From: Spirochaetia bacterium
Lineage (GTDB): Bacteria; Spirochaetota; Spirochaetia; CADAEX01
Reading direction: 5' to 3'
Length of the DNA stretch: 64,000 bases
Assembly: GCA_963662795.1 (NCBI GenBank)
Contig: OY759746.1
Coordinates: 224,001-288,000, forward strand
This document shows, in pieces, positions 38,890 through 53,701 of this stretch. Made by a program: the position numbers and the translations under genes. The notes under the pieces are model-generated. The model saw only the letters and a program-made list of their open reading frames with translations, was not told the origin of the DNA and did not search any database. How positions within the stretch are numbered: the first letter of the stretch is position 1; each line of letters starts with the position of its first letter.

Positions 38890-40175
38890 TTTACATCTCC
38901 CATAACAAGGTTTGGCAGAAATGTTGATATTTCAGGGATAAATGCTATAAAAAGTGTTACAATCAGTATTCCAAAGATATAGATCCACGATTCCCTGGCT
39001 AGAACCCATACACCGACTTTACTGAAACTGGATACAGCAAAGAGGCACATTCCTACCGGGGGAGTAAGATTGCCTATCATAATAAGCAATGTCATGACAA
39101 CACCGAGATTGACCAGGTCGAGACCGAATCCGAGAGCGATAGGAAGAAAAATTGGAATTGTAATAATAAAAATAGCGTTCCCCTCCATAAATAAACCGAG
39201 GATAAATACTACTGTGATAATAAGAATCATTACCTGGGTAGATGACGCGCTCATACCGGTAAGAACCGCAATAATATTATCAGGTATTTTTTTATAAATA
39301 GTAAGCCAACCGAAGAAATTCGCGGCAGCCATGATAAAAAGAAGTGATACTGTCTGTTTTATTGACTGATAAAGAATTTCCGGAATATCTTTTAATTTAA
39401 GATCCTTATAGAAAAAACCCAGAAGCAGAGCATAAAGACAGACAACAACAGAGGCCTCTGTCGGAGTGAAAATACCTGATAAAATCCCCCCGATAATAAT
39501 AACCGGGGCAAGCAGAGGAAGGAAAGCTTCACGGAAACTCATTATTACTTCCCTTAACCCGGCTTTTTCAAAACTCGGAAATTTACGCGGTCCCGACATT
39601 ATGCCGACCGCAGCCATCAGGGCCAGTCCCATTAGAATGCCCGGGACAAATCCGGCAAGAAAAAGCCGTGCTACTGACACTGTTGTCAATGCACCGTAAA
39701 GAACAAATGGGATACTAGGCGGTATAATCGGTCCTATTGTTGACGCAGATGCAACAATAGCGGCGGAAACTTCAGGCTTGTATCCGTTGTCAACCATCGC
39801 TTTATGCTGGATCTGACCAAGTCCTGCTGCATCGGCGACGGCAGAACCCGACATACCGGAAAAAATCATGCTTGATATGACTGAAACCTGTCCAAGTCCT
39901 CCCGGTACATGACCTACAATCGCCCGCGCAAAACGGAAAATCCTGTTGGTTATTCCGCCTGTGTTCATGAGATTACCTGCAAGAATAAAAAAAGGTACCG
40001 CGAGAAGAGTAAAACCGGTCGTTCCTGCATACATCCGCTGGGCAAGCATTGAAAGAAAATTGCCCTCGCCAAGCGCTATGAAAAAACCGATGGCAGTCAG
40101 ACCCATGGCTACAGCTATCGGAAGATTTAGAATTATCAGGATCAGCAGAACTATGAAAATTGATATAGTCAGCAT
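38886..40175 (-). CDS. TRAP transporter large permease (DctM)
   Basis: LLAVPFFILAG, SGSAVADAA, IIPPSIP, FTPTEAS, TPPVG. Confidence 0.93.
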   Translation of the reverse strand: MLTISIFIVLLILIILNLPIAVAMGLTAIGFFIALGEGNFLSMLAQRMYAGTTGFTLLAVPFFILAGNLMNTGGITNRIFRFARAIVGHVPGGLGQVSVISSMIFSGMSGSAVADAAGLGQIQHKAMVDNGYKPEVSAAIVASASTIGPIIPPSIPFVLYGALTTVSVARLFLAGFVPGILMGLALMAAVGIMSGPRKFPSFEKAGLREVIMSFREAFLPLLAPVIIIGGILSGIFTPTEASVVVCLYALLLGFFYKDLKLKDIPEILYQSIKQTVSLLFIMAAANFFGWLTIYKKIPDNIIAVLTGMSASSTQVMILIITVVFILGLFMEGNAIFIITIPIFLPIALGFGLDLVNLGVVMTLLIMIGNLTPPVGMCLFAVSSFSKVGVWVLARESWIYIFGILIVTLFIAFIPEISTFLPNLVMGDVK

Positions 40176-40257
40176 AAATTACTCCTAAAAAATTGTATCA
40201 TGAAACTGCTGAAAGTACGGTGCGGTTTTCCGGCCGCACCGTTATTCTGATATTCAG

Positions 40258-41268
40258 TTACTTATTTTTTGCAAGCATTTCCATGAATTTATCATAATCA
40301 GCCTGTCCCACCTTTGCCTTGAGTTTCTCATAAGCCGGGCCCATGGCTGCCTTGAAAGGTTCAAGATCAGGATAGGACACTTCCATACCGAGTTTTTTAA
40401 GCTCTTCAATCTGTCCTGCTTCCTGGTCGCGCACAGTCTTTCTCATGAAAGCGGATGCTTTCAGGGATTCTTCCTTAATTATATCCTGATATTTTTTAGG
40501 CAGGCTGTCATAGGTTTTCTTATTCATTACATGCGTCATCGAGGCATAGGTATAATTGAGAATCGACAGGTACTTCTGCGATTCATATATCTTGTTTGAG
40601 TATATTACTCCGATCGGGTTTTCCTGGCCATCTACTACTCCGGTTTTCAGAGCCATAAGCAGTTCAGTAAAGGAAATGGTCTGAACAATTCCCCCAAGCG
40701 CTTCAACTGTAGCCTGGTTAACAAAATCAGGAGGAGTACGTATTTTTAGACCTTTGAAATCCTCGGGTTTCAATAATGGTCTTTTAGAGTTGGTAAAGGT
40801 TCTGAATCCCCATTCCCAGTTTGAAAGGTGTACAAGCCCGGCTTTTTCAAGATCCGGCTGAACCCATTTTATGAAGTCACCGTCAAGAAATTTATCCGCG
40901 GCCTTATAATCCCTGAACGCAAATGGCATGCCTACCAGATCAAACTTTTTTACATATTTTGCCAGTGCCGCCTGTGTCGGCAGAGTCATATCCACAACCC
41001 CGAGAGTAACCTGCTCAAGAACCTCCGGCGGAGCCCCAAGCGCGTTGTTCGGAAAAACAGTGACTTTAACCTTTCCCCCTGTCCTTTCCTCGACGGCCTT
41101 TGCAAACATCAGAGAAGCGGCCTGGCTGGGATGATTTTCCGCACCGTAATGTCCAAGCTTTATCTCAATAGTTTTCTCCGGATCCGCTGCCTTTTCCTTG
41201 CCTCCGGCAGCGAAAACCAGACTTCCGACAAGAAATATAACCAAAACCAGTAATGCGCATTTTTTCAT
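40258..41268 (-). CDS. TRAP substrate-binding protein (DctP)
   Basis: GFRTF, DFKGLKIRT, GVVDGQENP; signal ...VFAAGGKE. Confidence 0.92.
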   Translation of the reverse strand: MKKCALLVLVIFLVGSLVFAAGGKEKAADPEKTIEIKLGHYGAENHPSQAASLMFAKAVEERTGGKVKVTVFPNNALGAPPEVLEQVTLGVVDMTLPTQAALAKYVKKFDLVGMPFAFRDYKAADKFLDGDFIKWVQPDLEKAGLVHLSNWEWGFRTFTNSKRPLLKPEDFKGLKIRTPPDFVNQATVEALGGIVQTISFTELLMALKTGVVDGQENPIGVIYSNKIYESQKYLSILNYTYASMTHVMNKKTYDSLPKKYQDIIKEESLKASAFMRKTVRDQEAGQIEELKKLGMEVSYPDLEPFKAAMGPAYEKLKAKVGQADYDKFMEMLAKNK

Positions 41269-41483
41269 TTTGCGCCTCCTTTATAAAACATAAAATTGTT
41301 AAAGCGGAGCAGCCGCATACCGCGGCAGCTTATACCCCGGAATTTAACCGCGGGTGATCCGCCGTCTAATACAATTGAACGCAATACGGTAGTAAATAAT
41401 ATCCGGTACATCAGCTTACAGACAGAAAGTTACCGGAAAAATAACCGTTTTCACTATGGCACCCAGTACTTTTCAGCCTTATT

Positions 41484-41600
41484 ATTTCATATTATAAAAC
41501 ATCGTTCCCATATAATGGCAAATAAAAGTTTTTGTTTCATATTGCAAAACTTCTGTCCATGTTATGAAATAATATTAGCATAGTTGTTTCCTGCTGTCAA
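41484..41600 (-). promoter_or_regulatory. dctP promoter (TTGACA-17-TAATAT) followed by four IclR-type operator-like dyads
   Basis: -35 at 41595-41600, -10 at 41572-41577; 17-mers at 41484, 41504, 41534 and 41554 resembling GTTTCATATNATGAAAC. Confidence 0.7.
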
Positions 41601-41692
41601 ATTAAAAAAAGGCAGCCCTGTTTATTGAATTAAGTATTATTACTATTATGCTATATTGGCAAAATCATATAAGCAGGCTACTATTAGCTTAA

Positions 41693-42457
41693 ATGACTGT
41701 ACAATCGATAGAAAGAGTATTTGATATAATTGAACTTCTGTCCCAGGAACACAAAGGATTGCAGCTGACTGAAATAAGCCGTCGTCTTGATCTGCATAAA
41801 AGCACTGTTTACAGACTTATGGCAGTATTAAGAAAAAGGGGATATATTGAAAAAAGTGAGTACAATCTTTACCGCATAGGCATTCAATTTATTGAATTAT
41901 CAAGTATTTACCTGAATAATGTTGAGTTAAAAACCGAAGCCGAACCATTTTTACGGAAATTATCCATGGAAACATCACAGACTGTATTTCTTGCAATGAT
42001 CCAGGAAGGAGAAGTTATATACCTGGATAAATTTGAACAGTTTAACAGTATCCGCAAGTATTCAATTATCGGCAGAAGAAGACCGGCTTATTGTACTTCA
42101 CTTGGAAAAGCAATGCTGATGGATAAAAGCGCCGAAGAAATAGAAAAAATATTTTCTAATATCCCGCTTAAGAAGTATACGGAAAACACAAAAACCGATC
42201 TGCCTTCCCTGCTTGAAGATTTAAATGAATCACAATTAAGAGGATGGAGTTTCGACAATGAGGAATATGATTACGGAGAAAATTGTCTGGGAGCGCCGCT
42301 TTATGATTATCGAGGGGCCGCAATAGCAGCCATCAGCGTTGCCTGGAGAAAAGAAAGCAATATCAAACCAGAAGAAGTCTGTAATCAGGTTACGCAAACA
42401 GCGAAAGAGATATCCAAAAGGCTTGGATATACAGGAAAGAAAAAAAATCAATCCTAA
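41693..42457 (+). CDS. IclR family transcriptional regulator
   Basis: VQSIERVFDIIE, LHKSTVYRL, CTSLGKA, DNEE; TTGGCA-17-TACTAT-8-ATG (near-leaderless). Confidence 0.94.
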   Translation: MTVQSIERVFDIIELLSQEHKGLQLTEISRRLDLHKSTVYRLMAVLRKRGYIEKSEYNLYRIGIQFIELSSIYLNNVELKTEAEPFLRKLSMETSQTVFLAMIQEGEVIYLDKFEQFNSIRKYSIIGRRRPAYCTSLGKAMLMDKSAEEIEKIFSNIPLKKYTENTKTDLPSLLEDLNESQLRGWSFDNEEYDYGENCLGAPLYDYRGAAIAAISVAWRKESNIKPEEVCNQVTQTAKEISKRLGYTGKKKNQS

Positions 42458-42638
42458 GCAGACTTATTGTCAGCAGAAATTACTATCCCTGTCGACTTTG
42501 AACTTTTATTTTTTCTCTATCACTCATTCTATAGCTTCTCAGACTTTTTAAAAACCCCAAACTTTTCGGTTTACTGATATTTATGAATTGGTTTCCTTAT
42601 CCGGTATACAACAGTTACAGGATCCGATGTATTCAATA

Positions 42639-43157
42639 CTACTGATTCAAAGTAAAACGCCAGGAACAGTTACAAGAATCGTCTGTGATATCTGGAAAAC
42701 AGCTGATGCATTCGCATGAAAACCGATTATCAATAATCTTTGCAAATCCTGTGTATTCTATTATTCCTACCGGTTTACATGGATGTAGATTTATCCCTTT
42801 CCGTACCCTTGCTCTCTGGACACGGCACTCAAGGATCCTGTAAACAAGAGTGTTATCTGAAATTATTATTTCATCGCGATTAATATTTGCATAAAAACGC
42901 AAACTCAAAGCCTTTTTTAATCCTTGCAGTCCGGGGTGAACAGGAAGTTTTAGAAATGCCTTAATTTTATTTGCCTCAATTCCCGTAAAACTGCGCCAGA
43001 CTTCTGCATCATGAAACATTGCTTCTTTCATTCCTGCTTTTTTTTCAATGGACTGGAACCAGAGACCATCCATTGCAAGAGTATTTTTTGAGTATATTTC
43101 AATCAGGTCAATTAACTCCTCCCTGGATAAGTCATGTAATACACTGTTTTTATTCAT
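42639..43157 (-). CDS. DUF6125-like protein (Cys-containing, V4R-like fold)
   Basis: AMDGLWFQSIE, CRVQRARVRKG...CKPVG..EY..FA..ID, C..C.PD...C.W.F. Confidence 0.72.
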   Translation of the reverse strand: MNKNSVLHDLSREELIDLIEIYSKNTLAMDGLWFQSIEKKAGMKEAMFHDAEVWRSFTGIEANKIKAFLKLPVHPGLQGLKKALSLRFYANINRDEIIISDNTLVYRILECRVQRARVRKGINLHPCKPVGIIEYTGFAKIIDNRFSCECISCFPDITDDSCNCSWRFTLNQ

Positions 43158-44155
43158 AAGATAATATTTTCCCTTTATTGTAATTTTATACAATTATCGC
43201 TAAAAGTGAAACACAATCCAAAGATAAGCGGAATAATATATGCTTCTATATAACAGGCATGAAGATATGAAGGGACTGCCGCAGATGCCATTTTGACAGC
43301 ACTGCTGCCCGTTTTGTGCTTTTTTCTCAAATTGATTGCTTAGCGGTCATCACAGATACTGCACCGGCAAAAAGGTTTTTATTGTCGCAATTGACAGTTG
43401 GCCCCGGAAAAATGATAAGAATATTGTGAAAATCCCGGAAATAAAACTGGCAGTCATTCCAAAAACAATCCGGCCGCAATCGGAAATACATTCATAAGAA
43501 CAAAACAACCTTTTCCCACCAGTATGTGAACTGTTTTGAAAAAATGTTATAGCCAATAATCGCGAATACCAATATGTAGAGATCGTATTTTTAATGTTCT
43601 TCCAGGATTCCTAGACCACTCCTACCGGCTGGAAACAGCAGTTTACAGTTGCATCAGGCATATGTAATTTTAATTTCTTTTTCCGTTACACGGCTATGCA
43701 TTAACAGTTCGTGACAGATTGTGCACTCTGTCACAAATCTCTTAAAGTTTGTATCTGTTCTTTTTATTTCAGGTACAGTAACAGAAGCCGGGTCTGCTGC
43801 GAATGTTTGTTTAAGCTTCTATTTTTTAAATTTTTCAGAAAATCCTTACTTGGAATTTTTTGAATACAAATAAATTTTTAACAATTATAGTTTAATTAGT
43901 TTTTTGCATTAATAGAATTATTCTGTTTACTCTTTTTTTTTATGAAATCAAGAATATTTTATTGTTAGGAATCGCCTGCCGGCCGTCATTTGCTTAGCCC
44001 AGCATCAGTCATTTTCAGTTTTTACATAAAAGCCTGGTGATCACGGTCAAAAGTATAATTCTATATGACCGCGGGCACACAGACGAACGATGCATTCCTG
44101 ATGAGTGTCTTTGTCCATGGTAAAAAAATGTGAGGCGTCAATTTTATCAGATTTT

Positions 44156-44821
44156 TCATATATGTCTGCAACACTTATTATTAAACACTTCCTGTGAACT
44201 ATGCTGCCAATCCTGCTGAAGTAAAACATCCTCTCCCCGTTTGTATAAACAAGAGAATCCACCATTTACTGGATCGGGAATTCTAGGTAACCTTGACAGT
44301 GGAGTGAATGAATAGTGTGCAAGGGCGACTTTAATCGCTATCCAGTGAGAAACCACAAATATGTTCTTATTTTTATTATCAGCAAATATGATCTCCAACT
44401 CTTCTACCATCCGATTCTGCAGTTCCTGAAATGTGTCAGCTCCGGGAAGATTGAATAAATCGGGGCTCTCCCAAAAAGATATGTATTCATCAGGATGAGA
44501 AATCGCTGTTTCCTCTCGTGTCTTACCTTCCCATGGTCCAAGATTTATTTCTCTGAGATTGTCTTTAACAGCAGCTTTAATTTTCCTGTCCTGCAGGATT
44601 ATTTCCGCCGTGTCCCTTGCTCTTTTTAACGGACTTACATATGCAAGGTCGACCGGAAACTGTTCAAGAGATTTTTTTACCTCATAGGCTTGTTTAATCC
44701 CTAAAGCGGTTAACGGAGAATTTTTATTACCCTGCAGTCTGTTCTGTTTATTCCATTCAGTCTCGCCATGCCGCACGAGGAATATTTTTGTTTCCACAGG
44801 CATTGCTACGCAGTCTAACAT
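44156..44821 (-). CDS. Histidine phosphatase family protein (PGM/CobC-like)
   Basis: LVRHGETEWN, SPLKRA, LREINLGPWEG, VVSH; alternative start 44803. Confidence 0.92.
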   Translation of the reverse strand: MLDCVAMPVETKIFLVRHGETEWNKQNRLQGNKNSPLTALGIKQAYEVKKSLEQFPVDLAYVSPLKRARDTAEIILQDRKIKAAVKDNLREINLGPWEGKTREETAISHPDEYISFWESPDLFNLPGADTFQELQNRMVEELEIIFADNKNKNIFVVSHWIAIKVALAHYSFTPLSRLPRIPDPVNGGFSCLYKRGEDVLLQQDWQHSSQEVFNNKCCRHI

Positions 44822-44865
44822 ATTATACTTCCCTGTTTATTAATATTATAAATGATACTCATCAA

Positions 44866-46443
44866 TTACAATCCTGATTTTTCAGCGATTGCATCAGCGC
44901 ATCTGACTCCATCCACGGCAGAACTTATTATGCCTCCCGCATACCCCGCCCCTTCACCTATCGCGTAAAGACCTTTGGTATTAATGCACTGAAAATCTTC
45001 ACCCCGGAGGATTCTAACCGGAGATGAAGTTCTTGTTTCAACTCCGGTCAGGACTGCCTCGCCGGTTATAAAGCCGCGCATTTTTCTTTCAAATGTCTGT
45101 ATTCCTCTTTTCATCTCGGAAACTATCCACCCGGGAAGGAATTCTTCAAGCGATGCCGGCCTGATTCCGGGAAGATATGAAGAGGTTATACCGCTGTCAA
45201 TCCTGTCATGCTTTCTGCTTAAAAATGAGGTCAGTTTCTGAGCAGGCGAATGAAACATCCCTCCGCCTGCCAGGAAAGCCTTACGTTCGAGTTCCCTCTG
45301 GAATTCTAGTCCGCCCAGCGGCCCATCAGGGCAGTCTTCCGGTCTCACAGTTACAACAATAGCTGCATTTGACATCTCATAATTTCTTTCTGAATTGCTC
45401 ATGCCGTTAGTGCAAAGGCCTCCCGGCTCTGAAGAGGAATTGATTATTCGCCCGCCGGGGCACATGCAAAAAGAATATATCCCGCGACCTGTCTCAGGAT
45501 TTGTATACACAAGACGGTATTCAGCGGCAGGAAGATTATATTTCTTATAATCTTGTCCGTATTGTATTTGATTTATAAGGTGCGCCGGATGTTCCAGCCT
45601 GACACCTGCGGCAAATCCTTTCTTTTCCATAATAACATTTTTTTTATACAGGACTTCCAGAGTGTCCCTGGCAGAATGTCCTATTGCAAGAATCAGATTT
45701 TCAGCAGATATTTCCCTGCCGGCGGCAGTTATAAATCCATGACATTTTCCGCTGTTGATCTGTAAATCAATTATTTTTTCCTTAAAAAGTATTTCAGATC
45801 CTGCTGATAATATTGAAGAACGAATATTCTTGATAACTCCTGCGAGTCTGTCTGTTCCAATATGGGGATGACTTTCCCAGGCAATTTCTTCCGGCGCGCC
45901 GTATTCAAGAAGTTTATTATAAATCCATTCCGATTCCGGCCTGTTCGAGCGTGTATAAAGTTTTCCGTCAGAATAAGTTCCTGCGCCTCCTTCCCCGAAA
46001 AGTACGTTGCTATCCGTATCAAGCGTCCCTGATTTTTCAAGCAGGCGGATATCCTTAAATCTCTCCTCAACCGGTTTCCCCTGTTCAAAGAATAATACTC
46101 TGGCGCCATGACTTATGAGTCTTAGACCGCAAAACAAGCCCGCGGGGCCTGTGCCGATTATATGAAAAGTTTTTCCGGATAAAGATTTATGCGTCACATT
46201 CGTTTCTGAGCGCGTATGTATTTTCACATCCTCACGCTGTTTAATCTTTTGATACTGCTCCCGTGTAACCTCTGCGATTATTTTATAGCGGTATACAATA
46301 TTATTCCTCTTGCGGGAATCGAGTGATTTTTTGGATATTTTAAAGCTGCAACCGCGAAGACCGTAAACAGAGCTGAGAATCGAGGCTATGTCATTGATAC
46401 TTTTATTCGGAGAGAGCGCGATTGAATCAATAAGAATCTGCAT
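44866..46443 (-). CDS. FAD-dependent oxidoreductase (COG2509 type)
   Basis: IIGTGPAGLF, FGEGGAGTYSDGKL, PHIGTD, SFCMCPGG, ETRTSSPVRI, GEGAGYAGGI. Confidence 0.9.
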   Translation of the reverse strand: MQILIDSIALSPNKSINDIASILSSVYGLRGCSFKISKKSLDSRKRNNIVYRYKIIAEVTREQYQKIKQREDVKIHTRSETNVTHKSLSGKTFHIIGTGPAGLFCGLRLISHGARVLFFEQGKPVEERFKDIRLLEKSGTLDTDSNVLFGEGGAGTYSDGKLYTRSNRPESEWIYNKLLEYGAPEEIAWESHPHIGTDRLAGVIKNIRSSILSAGSEILFKEKIIDLQINSGKCHGFITAAGREISAENLILAIGHSARDTLEVLYKKNVIMEKKGFAAGVRLEHPAHLINQIQYGQDYKKYNLPAAEYRLVYTNPETGRGIYSFCMCPGGRIINSSSEPGGLCTNGMSNSERNYEMSNAAIVVTVRPEDCPDGPLGGLEFQRELERKAFLAGGGMFHSPAQKLTSFLSRKHDRIDSGITSSYLPGIRPASLEEFLPGWIVSEMKRGIQTFERKMRGFITGEAVLTGVETRTSSPVRILRGEDFQCINTKGLYAIGEGAGYAGGIISSAVDGVRCADAIAEKSGL

Positions 46444-46573
46444 GTAAAGTCCATCCTCTATTTTAATACCACACAATATTGGAAATAAACTTCATTATCA
46501 ATAGAAAAATTCACCCGCTTGTAATTTCAAGCGGGATATAATCACTTCATATTACTTTGTCATGCCGGTGAGG

Positions 46574-47638
46574 TTAATCCGGCTTGCTTTCAGGCAGTGT
46601 GAGTACAATTTTTCCGGTGTGCTGTTTTGTCAAAAAATATTTTTGGGCCTGGGCAATCTGCTCTAAAGGAAATGTCCTTGCTATAACCGGGACAACAGAG
46701 CCCTGTTCAATGTGCCTGACAAGACTGGCAAAAACCTCTTTTCCCAGTACTGTGCACCCGAACAGACTCAAGTCTTTTAAATAGAGAGTCCGGACATCAA
46801 GCTCAACAAAAGGGCCTCCTATTGCTCCTGATACCGCATAACGTCCTTTGGGCCTGAGTACTTCCAGAAATTCCGGCCACTGTTTACCGGCAACAAGATC
46901 AATGACAACATCAACACTGCCGGTTCCGAGAGTTTTAACAAGACTATCTTCCCGTAATAAAACATTATCAGCCCCGAGACTTAGCACATTAACTGTCTTG
47001 GATCGGCTTGTAATGCCGATGACCCTGGCTTTACGGACTTTTGCCAGCTGTATTACAGCCGAACCGACACCACCGGATGAACCTGTAACCAGTACTGTAT
47101 CATTTTCAGTAACGTTTGCTCTGGTTAAGAGGTTTTCTGCAGTGGAGTAGGAACAGGGAAAGGACGCCAGTTCAATATCAGTCAAACTGCTTTCAATTTG
47201 ATAAGCATGACAGGATGCAACAACCATGTATTCGGCGAATCCGCCGTCACATTCTGAACCTAAATACCAGGTCTGCTCCAGTATTTTACCATGGGCTTCT
47301 CTTAAACATGGTTCAACTATAACTCTTTCTCCTAACCGCTCTTTTCCGACTTTATCACCGACAGCAACAATTCGCCCGCACACATCAGCGCCTTGAATCA
47401 GGGGGAACCGGATAGAATTACCCGTCCAGCCTGCATCACTGCTTTCTCCATCACCTTTCGAGTACCAAGCCTCCCGTGTATTGATATCAGTATTGTTAAC
47501 CGCGGCAGCCCCTACCCTGATTAGAACATCGCCTGGACCGGGTCCGGGGACAGGAATATCATCTCGTATCACTAATTTATCAAGTCCGCCATGACCTGTT
47601 AAATAAACACCTGTCATCTTTTTTGGTAATTCACTCAT
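46574..47638 (-). CDS. MDR-superfamily alcohol dehydrogenase/quinone reductase-like protein
   Basis: AAVNNTD, IQGADVCG, DGGFAEY, VTGSSGGVGSA, GKIVL. Confidence 0.88.
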   Translation of the reverse strand: MSELPKKMTGVYLTGHGGLDKLVIRDDIPVPGPGPGDVLIRVGAAAVNNTDINTREAWYSKGDGESSDAGWTGNSIRFPLIQGADVCGRIVAVGDKVGKERLGERVIVEPCLREAHGKILEQTWYLGSECDGGFAEYMVVASCHAYQIESSLTDIELASFPCSYSTAENLLTRANVTENDTVLVTGSSGGVGSAVIQLAKVRKARVIGITSRSKTVNVLSLGADNVLLREDSLVKTLGTGSVDVVIDLVAGKQWPEFLEVLRPKGRYAVSGAIGGPFVELDVRTLYLKDLSLFGCTVLGKEVFASLVRHIEQGSVVPVIARTFPLEQIAQAQKYFLTKQHTGKIVLTLPESKPD

Positions 47639-47763
47639 GATTTAATTCCTTTTTTATCTTACAGAACTTTGACAGTCTTTATAAGATTTCACTGCAAACA
47701 TCATAATATATTATAGTTTAAGTTCATCAGCTGCCGAAAACAATTTTCCGTTTATAGGATTAA

Positions 47764-47796
47764 TAAAAAAGCCCCCATCAGGGTTGATGGGGGACT
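47764..47796 (-). terminator. Rho-independent terminator
   Basis: Minus strand AGTCCCCCATCA-ACCC-TGATGGGGGCT followed by a T-run. Confidence 0.85.
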
Positions 47797-47904
47797 TAAT
47801 TGCTGTGTATTTTCATCCCGCAAACGGGAACACCATGAACTCGCAGCCTATCGGCTTCCATGCCTCCTCTGCTGTCCCCGTTTACGTGGGTTTTTTCCTC
47901 CATG
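47797..47904 (-). ncRNA. Candidate GGA-rich structured sRNA (CsrB/RsmZ-like), unvalidated
   Basis: Six GGA motifs in 86 nt, including the hairpin GGC-AUGGAA-GCC; bracketed by two terminators. Confidence 0.35.
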
Positions 47905-47945
47905 AAAAAAAAACCTGGAATGCCCGTAACGGGATAGCCAGGTTT
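47905..47945 (-). terminator. Probable rrn operon terminator
   Basis: Minus strand AACCTGG..CCCG-TTA-CGGG..CCAGGTT followed by a long T-run, about 70 nt after the 5S. Confidence 0.7.
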
Positions 47946-48011
47946 ACATTTCTTTTCAAGTAAAATATTCAGCACAGTCATTCAAATCAGCAGTGTAAAT
48001 AAATAAAAAAA

Positions 48012-48123
<112 letters not shown>

Positions 48124-48213
48124 TTAATTTAATTTTTTATTTCACCACAGTTATCAGGTGAAAACCTGATAACTCCAGCAAAATATATATTAAAAGAAGG
48201 GTTAAATAATAAT

Positions 48214-51212
<2,999 letters not shown>

Positions 51213-51420
51213 TATTACTTTTTAACCCTTCTCTATATTCTCCGTACTACTTTTCTTTCATACAGGAATCTTCTTTTTAAAGACCGAAGCCATTGATGGC
51301 GTATTTCTGCTTTAGCCCGTTTACCGGGTCAGCCGTAAAGGCAGTTAAAAGCAGTAATCGGAAATTTTAGATAAATGAAAAAAAGAAATTAAGAATATTT
51401 AAATTTTTTCATTTATTTAC

Positions 51421-51494
51421 TGGGCCTGACAAGACTTGAACTTGTGACCTCGCGCTTATCAGGCGCGCGCTCTAACCACCTGAGCTACAGGCCC
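51421..51494 (-). tRNA. tRNA-Ile (GAT), CCA not encoded
   Basis: GGGCCTGTAGCTCAGGTGGTTAGAGCGCGCGCCT-GAT-AAGCGCGAGGTCACAAGTTCAAGTCTTGTCAGGCCCA. Confidence 0.97.
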
Positions 51495-51676
51495 AATTAA
51501 AGGGAACAATGCCCTAAAAAGGGTATTATACCCCATAATATTATAAAAAAAGAGGGAGACCTGAAGCTTAAATGGGCCGCCTTACTGCCGGTGTGATTGC
51601 TCACAACCCTGCGGCAAGGACTTTGATTACTCAACTGTAAATCCTTTCGGTTCTACTTAGAGCTTTATACCTTTCT

Positions 51677-53227
<1,551 letters not shown>

Positions 53228-53494
53228 TATTCCATCAAGCCTAAGCTTGATAGTTTCTAATTTCGTTTCTCTCCCAGCTTCACTCTTACAAAAAAATGAA
53301 ACTGTCAAAAATTACTTCTTGACCCGCTTCAGGTCCCTTCTCTTCTTCTTTTAAAGAACATACCATTCATCCTGTAATGCAGGGAGGATGGCTTTGTACC
53401 GGCCTGCCATTTTTTATCCCGCATTGCGGGGGGATGGCGTAATGGACGGTACTTGTTTTCACACCCTAGCAACTTACGTGCCAAAATGCTCAAT

Positions 53495-53659
53495 ATTTGT
53501 AGCAGTTATAATTTTCAGTGTCAACCGGTTTTCTTAAAGAATTATTATTAAAATCAATAAAAAAAACTGAAGGAAAAACTCATTAACCGCCTGCACTTTG
53601 CAGGATTAATTCCTGTTTCGCGCAAGGACAAATATATGTTTTTTAAAAATTTTTGTCAA
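53495..53659 (-). promoter_or_regulatory. Tandem rrn promoters P1/P2
   Basis: TTGACA-17-TATATT (53631-53659) and TTGACA-17-TACAAA (about 53496-53524); boxA-like TGTTCTTTAAAA near 53349-53360. Confidence 0.7.
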
Positions 53660-53701
53660 CACGGGACAACAGTTTTTCGCAGCAACATAAAGCTTTTCAA
53701 A

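Noticed and set aside
41296-41583. 95-aa ORF between dctP and iclR
   Set aside because: Overlaps the dctP promoter, operators and leader; no SD or recognisable motif
47797-47904. SRP RNA, 6S RNA, known riboswitch, or the 61-aa ORF 47796-47981
   Set aside because: No SRP domain IV motif (CAGG..GGAA..AGCAG) or recognisable riboswitch consensus; the ORF crosses a terminator and has no properly spaced SD
48149-48174. Perfect 11-bp hairpin AGTTATCAGGT-GAAA-ACCTGATAACT
   Set aside because: Lies in the 23S-5S spacer; ordinary precursor-rRNA structure
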